A stretch of DNA of 64,000 nucleotides from Candidatus Iainarchaeum sp. (GCA_017610205.1 JAFCCL010000001.1:81883-145882); one strand, 5' to 3'. Positions 46,685-55,379 are shown, numbered from the stretch's first letter. Notes: a model not told the origin generated them from the letters alone. Numbers and translations: made by a program.

Positions 46685-47452
46685 TTATTTCTTCTTTGCG
46701 TCTTTGCCGGCATCTTTTCCTTTCTCTTCCTTTCCAGCTTCCTTCTTGCCGTCTTCTTTTCCTGTATCCTTTCCTTCTTCTTTCTTGCCAGCGTCCTTAC
46801 CTTTGCCTTCGCCTTCCTTGCCTTTTGCGTCCTTGTCTTCGCTTTCTTTACCCTTGGCTTCTTCTGCTGCCTTCTTCTCTTCCTTAATCATATCCCTTGT
46901 TTTCTTAGGTCTTGTTCCAATGCTTTTGACATCTGTGCCAACACTAATGCTTACTCCAAGGCCCAGTTTTGAATTAGCCCTTCTCAAAGCAGTTTTTGCA
47001 ACTTCAATGTGTTCCTTGTCAACCAAAACAGAAATAATCTTTTGACCAGGCCTTACTCTAACAGCCCTGCCAATATTTTTTCCAAAAGCGTGGCTCATTC
47101 CCTGCGAAACACGGTCTGCTCCAGCACCCTGTGCAAGCTTGTTTTCCCTCAAAACCTGAAATGGATAAACCCTAATTTTCATAAAATAGCCATCCTTGCC
47201 AACATTTTTGTTCAAAACCCTGTTAATTGCCATTCTAATACTTTCAATTGCATTGTCCCTAATCTGACCATGGGCTTCTACTTTAAGGTCAAGAATGTGC
47301 GAAAATTCTTTTACTCCATTTCCCATATTAAACTGCCTGGTTCTAATTCCAGGAATTGCACCAACAAAACTCTTCCTATGATTCTTAACCGCGTAACGCG
47401 TAAACGCCCTGTCTTCCTTGCTGTTATAGCAGTGCCCTGGCCTCAAACCCAT
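46685..47452 (-). CDS. rpl10e: Ribosomal protein L10e (uL16) with ~75-aa K/E/G-rich C-terminal extension
   Basis: MGLRPGHCYNSKEDRAFTRYAV...GIRTRQFNMGN matches L10e. The C-terminal tail reads KKAAEEAKGKESEDKDAKGKEGEGKGKDAGKKEEGKDTGKEDGKKEAGKEEKGKDAGKDAKKK. Confidence 0.85.
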   Translation of the reverse strand: MGLRPGHCYNSKEDRAFTRYAVKNHRKSFVGAIPGIRTRQFNMGNGVKEFSHILDLKVEAHGQIRDNAIESIRMAINRVLNKNVGKDGYFMKIRVYPFQVLRENKLAQGAGADRVSQGMSHAFGKNIGRAVRVRPGQKIISVLVDKEHIEVAKTALRRANSKLGLGVSISVGTDVKSIGTRPKKTRDMIKEEKKAAEEAKGKESEDKDAKGKEGEGKGKDAGKKEEGKDTGKEDGKKEAGKEEKGKDAGKDAKKK

Positions 47453-47653
47453 TCAAATCACTTTTAAAAAAAAATAACAAAATCCAAAAAAATAGGATTT
47501 CAACACAAATAATAGCCCAAGAAAAGCTTTAAAAAGCTTGAGTGAACACCCTCAAGCAAAATCTTACCCAAACATAAAAGATTTATCCAACTATAGAATA
47601 ATTTTGCCCCCAATAAAACATTTATTAAACAATTAAAAGAATAATACAATTAT

Positions 47654-48817
47654 ATGCAATACATTTTCATTACCGGCAGAAACCCAGAACTTGCCCTTGC
47701 AGAAGCACTTTCATTGCTTGAAAAACAAAACATTAACGCAATTCCCTCAACCCCCAAAACAAACGCATTCCTTCTTGACACCAGTAAAGGAATTGACACA
47801 AAACAAATTCTTCCAATGCTTGGAGGAACAATTGCAATAGGAAAAATTTTGTGCACAGGAAACCTTTCCAAAATAAAAAATTTCATTGAAACAGAAGAAG
47901 TATACTTTGGGCAAAAAAACAAATTCCTATATTCCTGCCTTAACTTTGCCAGCGAAGACAGCCTTAACACAATACTTGGCGCACTCAAGCAAAAATTCAG
48001 AAAAGAAAAAACCAAGGCAAGATTCAAGTCCGCAAGAGGCACAATCTTAATGCAGTCAGGCAAAGTTGTAGCAGGCACTCCCTCAAAAATTTCAGCAGCA
48101 GACACAACCTATTTTCTCTTCAAAAACAACAACTATTCATTCGGCTTTGTTCAGGCATTCTCGGATTCAAAAGAAACCGAAGCAAGGGACATGGGCAAGC
48201 CAGTAAGACGGGAACAATTTGCAATCTCCCCACGGCTTGCAAAAATCCTTGTAAATCTTTCCCAAACAAACCAAGGGAAAACACTGCTTGACCCATTCTG
48301 TGGAATTGGAGTAATCCTGCAAGAGGCAATACTGCAAGGAATTAACGTTGTTGGAGTTGACTTAAATTTAACAGCCACAACCGGTGCCAAAAAAAACATT
48401 GAGTGGATTAAGAAAAAATATCATGCAAAAGCAACGTCTGAAATTTTTACAGGAGATTCGCGCAAAACATCTCTGCAAAACATTGCCGGAATTGCAACAG
48501 AACCATCTCTTGGAAAACTTCTTAAAAAAATTCCCTCAAAAAAACAGGCAATACAAATGCAGTTTCGCTTTGAAAACCTAATGATTGAAGTTCTAAACAA
48601 TACAAAAAATTCGCTTGTTTCAAACGCAAAAATTGCTTTTACCGCCCCATACATTAACACCGGCAAAAGCAGGTTTGGCTGCAGCATTCAAAAAATCTGC
48701 AACAGCACAGGCCTTCAAATCCACGCACTTAAAACCCAAAAGTCAAAGTTTCCTGTTTGCGACTTTCGGCCAAATCAAATAGTCGGAAGGGAAATCTTTG
48801 TGCTGGAAAAAAAGTAA
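47654..48817 (+). CDS. Putative tRNA/rRNA guanine-N2 methyltransferase (Trm11/Trm-G10-like, THUMP-associated class I MTase)
   Basis: LLDPFCGIGVILQEA (DPFCGxG) SAM-binding motif and about 387 aa. Confidence 0.5.
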   Translation: MQYIFITGRNPELALAEALSLLEKQNINAIPSTPKTNAFLLDTSKGIDTKQILPMLGGTIAIGKILCTGNLSKIKNFIETEEVYFGQKNKFLYSCLNFASEDSLNTILGALKQKFRKEKTKARFKSARGTILMQSGKVVAGTPSKISAADTTYFLFKNNNYSFGFVQAFSDSKETEARDMGKPVRREQFAISPRLAKILVNLSQTNQGKTLLDPFCGIGVILQEAILQGINVVGVDLNLTATTGAKKNIEWIKKKYHAKATSEIFTGDSRKTSLQNIAGIATEPSLGKLLKKIPSKKQAIQMQFRFENLMIEVLNNTKNSLVSNAKIAFTAPYINTGKSRFGCSIQKICNSTGLQIHALKTQKSKFPVCDFRPNQIVGREIFVLEKK

Positions 48818-48831
48818 AAGAAATTGAAAAC

Positions 48832-48950
48832 GATTAGCAGCTTTAAGACCGCTCCAAGCAAAAACTCAGTGCAAAACCTTTTCCCCGCAGGTCTTAACTT
48901 CCGGGTTCGAGATGGGACCGGGTGTTTCCCCTGTAGCATGGCCGCTAATC
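48832..48950 (-). rRNA. rrf: 5S ribosomal RNA (unlinked to other rRNA genes in this window)
   Basis: The minus strand reads GAUUAGCGGCCAUGCUACAGGGGAAACACCCGGUCCCAUCUCGAACCCGGAAGUUAAGACCUGCGGGG...GCUGCUAAUCG. The loop-C region is universally conserved. The 5' and 3' ends form a 10-bp helix I (GAUUAGCGGC/GCUGCUAAUC). An oligo-T run follows. Confidence 0.75.
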
Positions 48951-48969
48951 AATTAGTATTGGGTTTGCT

Positions 48970-48985
48970 AAGCTTTAAATAGCTT
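48970..48985 (-). promoter_or_regulatory. Archaeal BRE/TATA promoter of the 5S rRNA gene (AAGCTATTTAAAGCTT)
   Basis: TATTTAAA lies about 23 nt upstream of the predicted 5S 5' end on the minus strand. The identical 15-mer AGCTATTTAAAGCTT recurs upstream of the rpl21e operon. Confidence 0.45.
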
Positions 48986-48995
48986 GCTTTTTGCT

Positions 48996-49382
48996 TTAAA
49001 ACTCTCTGTAGCGGGCATTTCCAGCGTGGCCAAAAACATCCAGCAAAAGGCTTTTGTTTGAGCCAAAATGTGATCTTTTAACATTTACTTTTTCTTTTCC
49101 GAGATTGGCTTCAATCCTATTTAAGGCAGATAATCCTTTCTCAGAGCCAGCTATCTTGTTTGACAAGTGTGCAAAAGGCACAAGCACTACATTTTCACTT
49201 CCGACTTCTTTGCACATTTTGATAATTTCTTCAGCAAGACCTTTTGCAACAAGAATTGGCTCGTCTTTTTTTTCAACGGTTACAAATGCAACAATGCAAT
49301 CATTGCATTCCTGCTTTTGGTCTTTCAAAGCCTCTGGTTTTATTTTAGCTGGCCTGTTGGAGAATGAATCAAACTCGGTCAT
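48996..49382 (-). CDS. Free-standing archaeal ThrRS N-terminal editing-domain homolog (tRNA-Thr_ED; D-aminoacyl-tRNA-deacylase-like fold)
   Basis: CIVAFVTVEKKDEP...VVLVPFAHLSNKIAGSEKGLSALNRIEANLG...VKRSHFGSNKSLLLDVFGHAGN aligns block by block with the Pyrococcus ThrRS editing domain (VLVAFISVEK...VYPFAHLSSELAKP...APFGYYK...CKGHP). The start is taken at an internal ATG (49382) after the TBP stop; the ORF-track N-terminal extension overlaps TBP. Confidence 0.55.
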   Translation of the reverse strand: MTEFDSFSNRPAKIKPEALKDQKQECNDCIVAFVTVEKKDEPILVAKGLAEEIIKMCKEVGSENVVLVPFAHLSNKIAGSEKGLSALNRIEANLGKEKVNVKRSHFGSNKSLLLDVFGHAGNARYREF

Positions 49383-49419
49383 ATAGTGCTTGCAGTGAAA
49401 GAGAAGGGTTCTCACAAAA

Positions 49420-50025
49420 TCACTTATTTTTTTTCTTTCCTGGCTTTTTTGCTGCAGATTTTTTTTTTGCTGGCTTTTTTGCAACCTTTTTCTTCTTGCC
49501 AATAACTAATTCCTCTGCAACCTTTAGGCCCTTTCTCAAAAGGCTTTCCCTTTTTGCACCTGCACAAATCATTTTGCCGTTTTTGAACAGCAAGAGCGTG
49601 AGCTTTGGGTCGGCAATTCTTAGGATTGCTCCTGGAAACTGTTCTGGCTCATACTCTACGTTGTCCAAATCCATTGCTGTTTGAAACAAGTCAAGGTTTT
49701 GGTTCAGGTTTGCTGTTGCAACCAAATTCACAACATTGTACTTTACAGTTTTTTGAATCTTTACCTGTTTTTGAATTCCGTGAATTAGCTTGCTTGCCTT
49801 TCTAATAGCCTGTGCAATCTGCTTTTCGCTGCTTGCACCGCTGCAAATAACCTTTCCGTTTTTGAACAAAAGCATTGAAACTTTTGGCTCCTTCAGTTTC
49901 AAAATTGCTCCAGGAAACTGCTCTGGCTCATACTCAATATTTGGAATGCTCACAGCTAAATTATATAAGTCAAGTGTGGCATTCAAATTGGATGAGGCAA
50001 CCAAATTCACAATAGTATACTTCAT
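49420..50025 (-). CDS. tbp: TATA-box binding protein with basic lysine-rich C-terminal tail
   Basis: Two imperfect direct repeats, KYTIVNLVASSNL... and KYNVVNLVATANL..., with EYEPEQFPGAIL present twice. The C-terminus is GKKKKVAKKPAKKKSAAKKPGKKKNK. Confidence 0.9.
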   Translation of the reverse strand: MKYTIVNLVASSNLNATLDLYNLAVSIPNIEYEPEQFPGAILKLKEPKVSMLLFKNGKVICSGASSEKQIAQAIRKASKLIHGIQKQVKIQKTVKYNVVNLVATANLNQNLDLFQTAMDLDNVEYEPEQFPGAILRIADPKLTLLLFKNGKMICAGAKRESLLRKGLKVAEELVIGKKKKVAKKPAKKKSAAKKPGKKKNK

Positions 50026-50098
50026 AAGGCATCAACTCCAGTGGTTCCAACCCAAAAAAAGGCCTTTATAAACCATTAATAAAAGGGTTTCGGAAGGT

Positions 50099-50767
50099 TT
50101 AAAAAGGCAAGCAAAAGCCACGAGGCGGTTTTGTCTTTGCTATTTTTTTGCTTGCGACTACAATTATTCCTTCGCTTAGTCTGCGTGGCATTGGAATGTT
50201 TTTGCTGATTTCCCTGCCGTTGTAACCCAAAATTGTTTCTACTTTGAATCCTGCCTGTTCAACTTCTTTGGCGATTGTTTTTGGGTTGAAGAAGCGAATG
50301 TGGGCCTTGTCTCCGCTGAGGAATATGTCGTTGCCGAACAAAAGGCGAATTCTGTTTGAATAGTTTATTACATTTGGTGTTGTGAGAAACAGAATGCCTC
50401 CTTTGTTTAGTGCATTGGAGCAGTTTTTGAGAAATGTTTGGGTGTCAAAAACGTGTTCAATTATTTCTGTTGCAAAAATTGAATTGTATTTTTTTCCGGT
50501 TTTAATTTTCTTTTTTCCAAAATCGCATTGGAAAAAACTTAGTTTTGGATTGTTTTTTTTTGCTCTTGCAATCGCTGCCTTGCTTATGTCGCATCCGTCA
50601 ACTTTGTCAAAATGTTTTGCCAGCCACTTTGTTTTTTGACCATAGTAACATCCAAGGTCTAAAACAGGGCTTTTAAGGAATTTTAGTGCAATCTTGTTTA
50701 CTTTTTTTGAATTGACCTGCACAAAGCCCTTTTCTGCATAGTCTTCGTAGAATTCTTCAAGACTCAT
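50099..50767 (-). CDS. Class I SAM-dependent methyltransferase
   Basis: VLDLGCYYGQKTKWLA (motif I) and about 222 aa. Confidence 0.7.
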   Translation of the reverse strand: MSLEEFYEDYAEKGFVQVNSKKVNKIALKFLKSPVLDLGCYYGQKTKWLAKHFDKVDGCDISKAAIARAKKNNPKLSFFQCDFGKKKIKTGKKYNSIFATEIIEHVFDTQTFLKNCSNALNKGGILFLTTPNVINYSNRIRLLFGNDIFLSGDKAHIRFFNPKTIAKEVEQAGFKVETILGYNGREISKNIPMPRRLSEGIIVVASKKIAKTKPPRGFCLPF

Positions 50768-50904
50768 AAAACGTACACCACTTTATTCATTTTAAATTAC
50801 ATCTTTCATACTTTTTAATGTTCTGGTGAATGTTTAAATTGAATTTGTTTTGTTTAACTTGAATTAATTTTTGTTTCAAAAAAGCTTTTTTGGGCTTTAA
50901 TGTC

Positions 50905-50919
50905 AGCTATTTAAAGCTT
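50905..50919 (+). promoter_or_regulatory. Archaeal BRE/TATA promoter of the rpl21e-rpoF-DUF655-ksgA operon (AGCTATTTAAAGCTT)
   Basis: Same 15-mer as the 5S promoter, about 70 nt upstream of the rpl21e ATG. Confidence 0.45.
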
Positions 50920-50989
50920 TCTTTGCTTATATTTTTAATTCAGTGTCTTAATTTAAGTAGTTACATTTCTGAAAAAATGGTGATTTAAA

Positions 50990-51289
50990 ATGGTAAACAA
51001 AAAAGCAAAGGGAAAAAGGGCCAAAACAAGGTCAAAGCTCAAAAACAAGGCGGGTAAAGCCTCTGTTAATGAAATTCTAAGACCTTTTGGGAAAGGAGCA
51101 AAGGTTCAGATAAACATAAGGCCTGACATGCACAGCGGAATGCCGCCTGCAATCTACCAAGGTAGTTTTGGTATTGTAAAAGGAATGCAGGGCACTGCAT
51201 ACAATGTTTCGGTTAAAAAAGGCAACCTTAAAAATACTCTTATAGTTCGTGGAATTCACCTAAAAGAACAGGAGGGGAAATTCAAATGA
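50990..51289 (+). CDS. rpl21e: Ribosomal protein L21e
   Basis: 99 aa, basic, with an L21e-like KGKRAKTRSK...GIHLKEQ sequence. It is the first gene of the conserved archaeal L21e-RpoF-DUF655-KsgA cluster. Confidence 0.8.
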   Translation: MVNKKAKGKRAKTRSKLKNKAGKASVNEILRPFGKGAKVQINIRPDMHSGMPPAIYQGSFGIVKGMQGTAYNVSVKKGNLKNTLIVRGIHLKEQEGKFK

Positions 51290-51621
51290 TTGGAGAAAAA
51301 TTCATTAACCAAAAGCCGGTTAGCCTGGCTGAAGTAAAGCAATTGCTTGCTGACAGAAAAAAAGAAAAAGACTTAACTTACGAACAGGATATTACTCTAA
51401 AGTTTGCAAAAAAGTTTTCAAAGCTTAGTTTGGCAAACGCAAAAAAGTTGCAGGCAGAGCTTGAAAAAATTGAAGAGCTTGATTCGGAAACAGTAACAAA
51501 GATCATTGACATTTTGCCGGAGAAAAAGGAAAAATTGCAGCTTCTTTTTATTAAGGAAACTGTGTTAAACGAGGTTGACTTGCAAAAAATCCTTTCCCTA
51601 TGCAAAAAGTACAGGAAATAA
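51286..51621 (+). CDS. rpoF: DNA-directed RNA polymerase subunit F (Rpo4/Rpb4-like)
   Basis: 111 aa. Its position in the conserved cluster and a 4-nt overlap with rpl21e support the call, and it is Rpb4/RpoF-like in length and charge pattern. Confidence 0.65.
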   Translation: MIGEKFINQKPVSLAEVKQLLADRKKEKDLTYEQDITLKFAKKFSKLSLANAKKLQAELEKIEELDSETVTKIIDILPEKKEKLQLLFIKETVLNEVDLQKILSLCKKYRK

Positions 51622-51651
51622 CTGATTTTTTTTTAAAAGCGGTGATATCCT

Positions 51652-52221
51652 ATGCCAAACGAAGAAGAAGCACTTGTATTAGATTACATGTCAAAAGGAA
51701 AGCCAAACAGCTTTAAGCCAGAGCCAATTGCCCAAATTTTGGGAAAGCAATTTTTTTCATTGCTTGAAGTGGTTCCAAAAGAAGACCTTAAGATAATGGA
51801 AACTGTTTATGTAGGCAAGGACGAAAGGGCAAAAATTGATTTTATTAAGCGAAGAATAAACTTTAACATGCTTACAAGTACGGCAATTGCAGAACTTCAA
51901 AAGGCTGTTGAAAAAATTGTAACCGATGACAAAAAAAGGTTTCTTGACTTTTTCAACAACGCACGTTCCATTACTCTTAGAAGGCACCAGCTTGAGCTTT
52001 TGCCAGGAATGGGAAAAAAGCACATGCTTGACATTCTAAAAGAACGTGAAAAAAAGCCATTTGAGTCATTTGAAGACCTGATTGCAAGAGTAAAGCTTTT
52101 GCCAGATCCTTCAAAAACAATTGTAAAAAGAATAATGCTTGAACTGGAGGACGAAACACTCAACCATTATATTTTTGCCAGACCACCTGTAAAAGAAAAA
52201 ACTTTTGGCAAAAGATTCTAA
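51652..52221 (+). CDS. DUF655-family archaeal RNA-binding protein (HhH-containing), conserved partner of rpoF/ksgA
   Basis: LLPGMGKKHMLDILKER is an HhH-like motif. Its conserved position between rpoF and ksgA supports the call. Confidence 0.6.
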   Translation: MPNEEEALVLDYMSKGKPNSFKPEPIAQILGKQFFSLLEVVPKEDLKIMETVYVGKDERAKIDFIKRRINFNMLTSTAIAELQKAVEKIVTDDKKRFLDFFNNARSITLRRHQLELLPGMGKKHMLDILKEREKKPFESFEDLIARVKLLPDPSKTIVKRIMLELEDETLNHYIFARPPVKEKTFGKRF

Positions 52222-52226
52222 ATTTT

Positions 52227-53045
52227 ATGAGCCTTTTTAACGAACTGCAAAACCTAATGGTAAAATACCGATTTAGGGCAAACAGAAAACTTTCACAAAA
52301 TTTTGCAATAAACGAACAACTTATTGAAAAAATTGTTGAACTTGCAGACTTAAAAGAAAGCGACACAGTTCTTGAAATTGGAGCAGGAACCGGTTTTCTT
52401 ACAAGAGTTCTTTTGAAAAAAAGCAAAGTTGTAGCTGTTGAAAAAGATAACGGGCTTTGCGCATTGCTTGAAGAAGAGCTTTCCAAAAAAAACCTCGCCC
52501 TTGTATGCGGTGATTTCTTAAAAGCAAAGCTTCCAAAATACAACAAAGTTGTATCGCTTCCGCCCTACTCGCAAAGTTCAGCCATAATCTACAAGCTTTT
52601 GGAAAATCCATTTGAATTAGGAGTTCTTGTTTTTCAAAAAGAGTTTGCAGAAAAGCTTGTTGCCTGGCCTGGTTTTGATGAATACTGTGCTTTAACTGTT
52701 TTAACCCAATGCTATTTTGATCCAAAAATTGTGCAAACAGTGTCATCAGGCTTATTTTTTCCAAAACCAAAAAGCGAAAGCGTAATTATTGTGCTCAAGC
52801 AATGTTCAGAACCTCCAAAAATCAAAGACAAAAAAAAGTTTGTTCTTTTTGTAAAAACTCTTTTCAGGTTCAGAAACAAAAATCTTGCAAATGCCTTAAA
52901 CAAAAGCAGGCAATTTTTACTACCCTCGTTTGGAATTAGTGCGGAAAAGTTCAACAAAAGAGTCGCCTCTATTGAACTGTCGGAAGAAAAGGTTGACCTG
53001 CTTCCAGTTGAATACTTTGTCGAAATATTTAATGAACTGGCTTAA
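52227..53045 (+). CDS. ksgA: 16S rRNA (adenine1518/1519-N6)-dimethyltransferase KsgA/Dim1
   Basis: LEIGAGTGFLTRVLL motif I and KsgA-like length and arrangement. Confidence 0.85.
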   Translation: MSLFNELQNLMVKYRFRANRKLSQNFAINEQLIEKIVELADLKESDTVLEIGAGTGFLTRVLLKKSKVVAVEKDNGLCALLEEELSKKNLALVCGDFLKAKLPKYNKVVSLPPYSQSSAIIYKLLENPFELGVLVFQKEFAEKLVAWPGFDEYCALTVLTQCYFDPKIVQTVSSGLFFPKPKSESVIIVLKQCSEPPKIKDKKKFVLFVKTLFRFRNKNLANALNKSRQFLLPSFGISAEKFNKRVASIELSEEKVDLLPVEYFVEIFNELA

Positions 53046-53051
53046 AAAGTT

Positions 53052-54584
53052 TCACGGCATTATTTCAATTATGTTGCGTTCCAATGCAACAATTTCGTTC
53101 TTTTTTGCATAGTCCAAAGCAAGCTTGAGCTTTCTCTTGTTTTTGCTAAAAATTCTAAACAACGGCTGCTTTTTTTTAAGAATGTTGCCTTCTTCAACAT
53201 AAAGATACAGTCCTGCTTCCTTGTCGGCAGGAGCTCCGGCAATTCTTGCAACCGTATTGCATTTTCTTACATTAATCTTGTCAATTGTTCCGGATCCTGT
53301 TGAAAGCACATCCTTTCCAAGCTTTAACTTTGGCATTTTACTGCTTTTAAGGTAATGTCTGCCCTGTGCTTTTATTATTTGCTGCATTTTTTTCAAAGCC
53401 CTTCCGCTTTCAAGAATTTCCTTTGCAATCGTATAACCCTTTCCTTTTTTTGCCTTGCCGCACAATTCCAAAAGAATTCCAGCAAGCTCACAGCTTTTTT
53501 GTGCAAGATCATCAAAAAACTCACCTTCCAAAATCTGCATTACATACTTTGCTTCAAGTGCTGGCCCAAAAACCTTTCCGCATGGATGCGTTCCGTCAGT
53601 CAAAACAGCCTGAACTTTTATTCCAAGGTGCTTTCCAACAGCAATAAATTTTCTTGCCATATCCTCTGCTTTTTCCTTTGTATGAATTTTTACATCTGGT
53701 CCAACAGGCAAATCAATTACAACAAACCTGCTTCCAACACTTGCTTTTTTTGCCATTACTGAAGCAATAACCTGCCCAGGTGGGTCAAGAGAAAAAGGGT
53801 GCTCTATTTTGATTATTTCGTCGTCAACAGGAGCAAGGTCTAATGCGCCACCCCATGCAATCACTCCTCCAATATTTTCAGTAATGCTTTTTATCTTGTT
53901 CATTGAAAGCGAAACATCTGCAAGCACTTCCATTACGTCGGCTGTTCCTGCAGCGCTGGTAATGCTTCTGCTGCTTGTTTTTGGAATAAAACATCCTGCC
54001 GAGGCAACAATTGGAACAACAATCATTGTAGTCCTGCCATTTGTTCCGCCAATGCAGTGCTTGTCAACAACCGGCTTTTTTGAAATTTTTATTTCCTTTC
54101 CATTTTCCGCCAATGCCTTTGTCATTGCAACCGTTTCATCCAAAGTGTATCCATGAACAAATACCGCGCTTACAAAAGCGCTTGTTTCAATTTCACTCAA
54201 AGCATTTTTGCCCATGTCGCTTATAATTTCTCTAATTTCTTTTTCTCGCAATTCCTCTCCGTTAAGCTTTTTTTTAATGTAAACAAGCGAAACAAGTTTT
54301 GGAACAGGGGTAACTCTTATCCTGCTTTTTCCATCAAGCGAAAGCTTTTCCTTAACGCTTTTGAATACTCCAAGTTGGTTTGGCTTTACCATTGAATCAG
54401 TAACATCCACAACTGTTACAATTTTTCTGCTGCTTCCAACTGCCTTTAATTCAACCCTGTCAAGTGGAAAAAGCCCAAGCTCGCCTGCATCAATTCTGTT
54501 CATTATGCAAATCATGCGCTGGGCTTCAATGTCAAAAGACTTCACAGACATTATCTGACTATATGCACTCTTGCTTTTTTTCAT
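53052..54584 (-). CDS. deoA: AMP phosphorylase (archaeal DeoA-like thymidine phosphorylase family with N-terminal extension)
   Basis: 510 aa, with the DKHCIGGTNGRTT phosphate-binding motif of the thymidine-phosphorylase family and the extended N-terminus typical of archaeal AMPpase. Confidence 0.8.
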   Translation of the reverse strand: MKKSKSAYSQIMSVKSFDIEAQRMICIMNRIDAGELGLFPLDRVELKAVGSSRKIVTVVDVTDSMVKPNQLGVFKSVKEKLSLDGKSRIRVTPVPKLVSLVYIKKKLNGEELREKEIREIISDMGKNALSEIETSAFVSAVFVHGYTLDETVAMTKALAENGKEIKISKKPVVDKHCIGGTNGRTTMIVVPIVASAGCFIPKTSSRSITSAAGTADVMEVLADVSLSMNKIKSITENIGGVIAWGGALDLAPVDDEIIKIEHPFSLDPPGQVIASVMAKKASVGSRFVVIDLPVGPDVKIHTKEKAEDMARKFIAVGKHLGIKVQAVLTDGTHPCGKVFGPALEAKYVMQILEGEFFDDLAQKSCELAGILLELCGKAKKGKGYTIAKEILESGRALKKMQQIIKAQGRHYLKSSKMPKLKLGKDVLSTGSGTIDKINVRKCNTVARIAGAPADKEAGLYLYVEEGNILKKKQPLFRIFSKNKRKLKLALDYAKKNEIVALERNIIEIMP

Positions 54585-54673
54585 GCTAACTAGTAAAGTG
54601 AAAAGAGGTATTTAATTCTATCCTGCCTTTGTGGCTTACAGCTTGCTTGTCAGTTCTTCCGTTACACTGGTTT

Positions 54674-55378
54674 TTATAATTTGCTTGTCAGTTCTTTTGC
54701 TGCCTTTGTTTTGTCTTCTGCATTGTAAATGCCTCTTCCAACAATAGCATGCCATCTTTTGCCTGCTGCCTTTCCGCTTTCACTGATTTCTCCACCTTGT
54801 GCTACAAGACCTGGGCTGTACAAAACAGGTTCAATTCCCTTGCTTTCAAAAAGTTCCTTGTAAGAAGCAATCTTCTCCGGTTTGTTTCCTGGAACAACAA
54901 AGTCTGTTACCCCTTCTTCAATTGCAATCTCGTACATTCTTTTTGGAGAAGAGTTGTCAATAAAACCACCGTTTTCTTTCAAGTAGGTTGGGTGGGTCAT
55001 CTCTCCCCCAACGATTACTCCAAGACCTTTGGCTTTTGCTGCTTCAATCCATGCCTTTTCTGTTTGAGGGCCGGCTTGTGGAAAAAATATCACTGCGTCA
55101 ATTCCTGCTTCACTGCAAACGCTTGCAAACTTTTCCCCCATTGGCGGAATGTCTGTTCCTGCCTTTTGATGGTCGTAAATAATTGGCTTGTCGCTGTACT
55201 CTCTTATTGTGCTTACAACCTTTCCCAAACCAAATCCAAGGCCCAAAGAAAAGCCAACTTTGTAGGCACCAATCTTTTTCACACCAGCAGTTGCTTTTAC
55301 AAGTTCATCAAGTTCTTGCAATGTTGCAACATCACAGGCAGGAATAATGCTTTTGTTTATTGGAATTATTTTGTTCAT
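54674..55378 (-). CDS. pyrF: Orotidine 5'-phosphate decarboxylase
   Basis: DHQKAGTDIP (DxKxxDIxx) and C-terminal VGRGIYNAEDK (GRxIxxAxDP-like). It is adjacent to pyrE. Confidence 0.75.
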   Translation of the reverse strand: MNKIIPINKSIIPACDVATLQELDELVKATAGVKKIGAYKVGFSLGLGFGLGKVVSTIREYSDKPIIYDHQKAGTDIPPMGEKFASVCSEAGIDAVIFFPQAGPQTEKAWIEAAKAKGLGVIVGGEMTHPTYLKENGGFIDNSSPKRMYEIAIEEGVTDFVVPGNKPEKIASYKELFESKGIEPVLYSPGLVAQGGEISESGKAAGKRWHAIVGRGIYNAEDKTKAAKELTSKL

Positions 55379-55379
55379 T

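Noticed and set aside
48832-48950. Reading the structured RNA as SRP RNA or RNase P RNA instead of 5S
   Set aside because: The length (~119 nt), the universally conserved CCCGGUCCCAUCUCGAACCCGGAAGUUAAG loop-C region and the terminal helix I pairing fit 5S rRNA, not 7S or RNase P RNA.
48996-49502. The full 168-aa ORF-track product, including the MARRKRLQKSQQKK... N-terminus
   Set aside because: The first 40 codons overlap the tbp C-terminus in a different frame and mirror its lysine-rich tail. The ThrRS-ED homology starts after an internal ATG at 49382, so I shortened the call.
54674-55378. 3-hexulose-6-phosphate synthase (the same OMPDC superfamily) instead of PyrF
   Set aside because: The DxKxxDIP motif, the C-terminal GRxIxxAxDP-like motif and its position directly next to pyrE in a pyr cluster favour PyrF.
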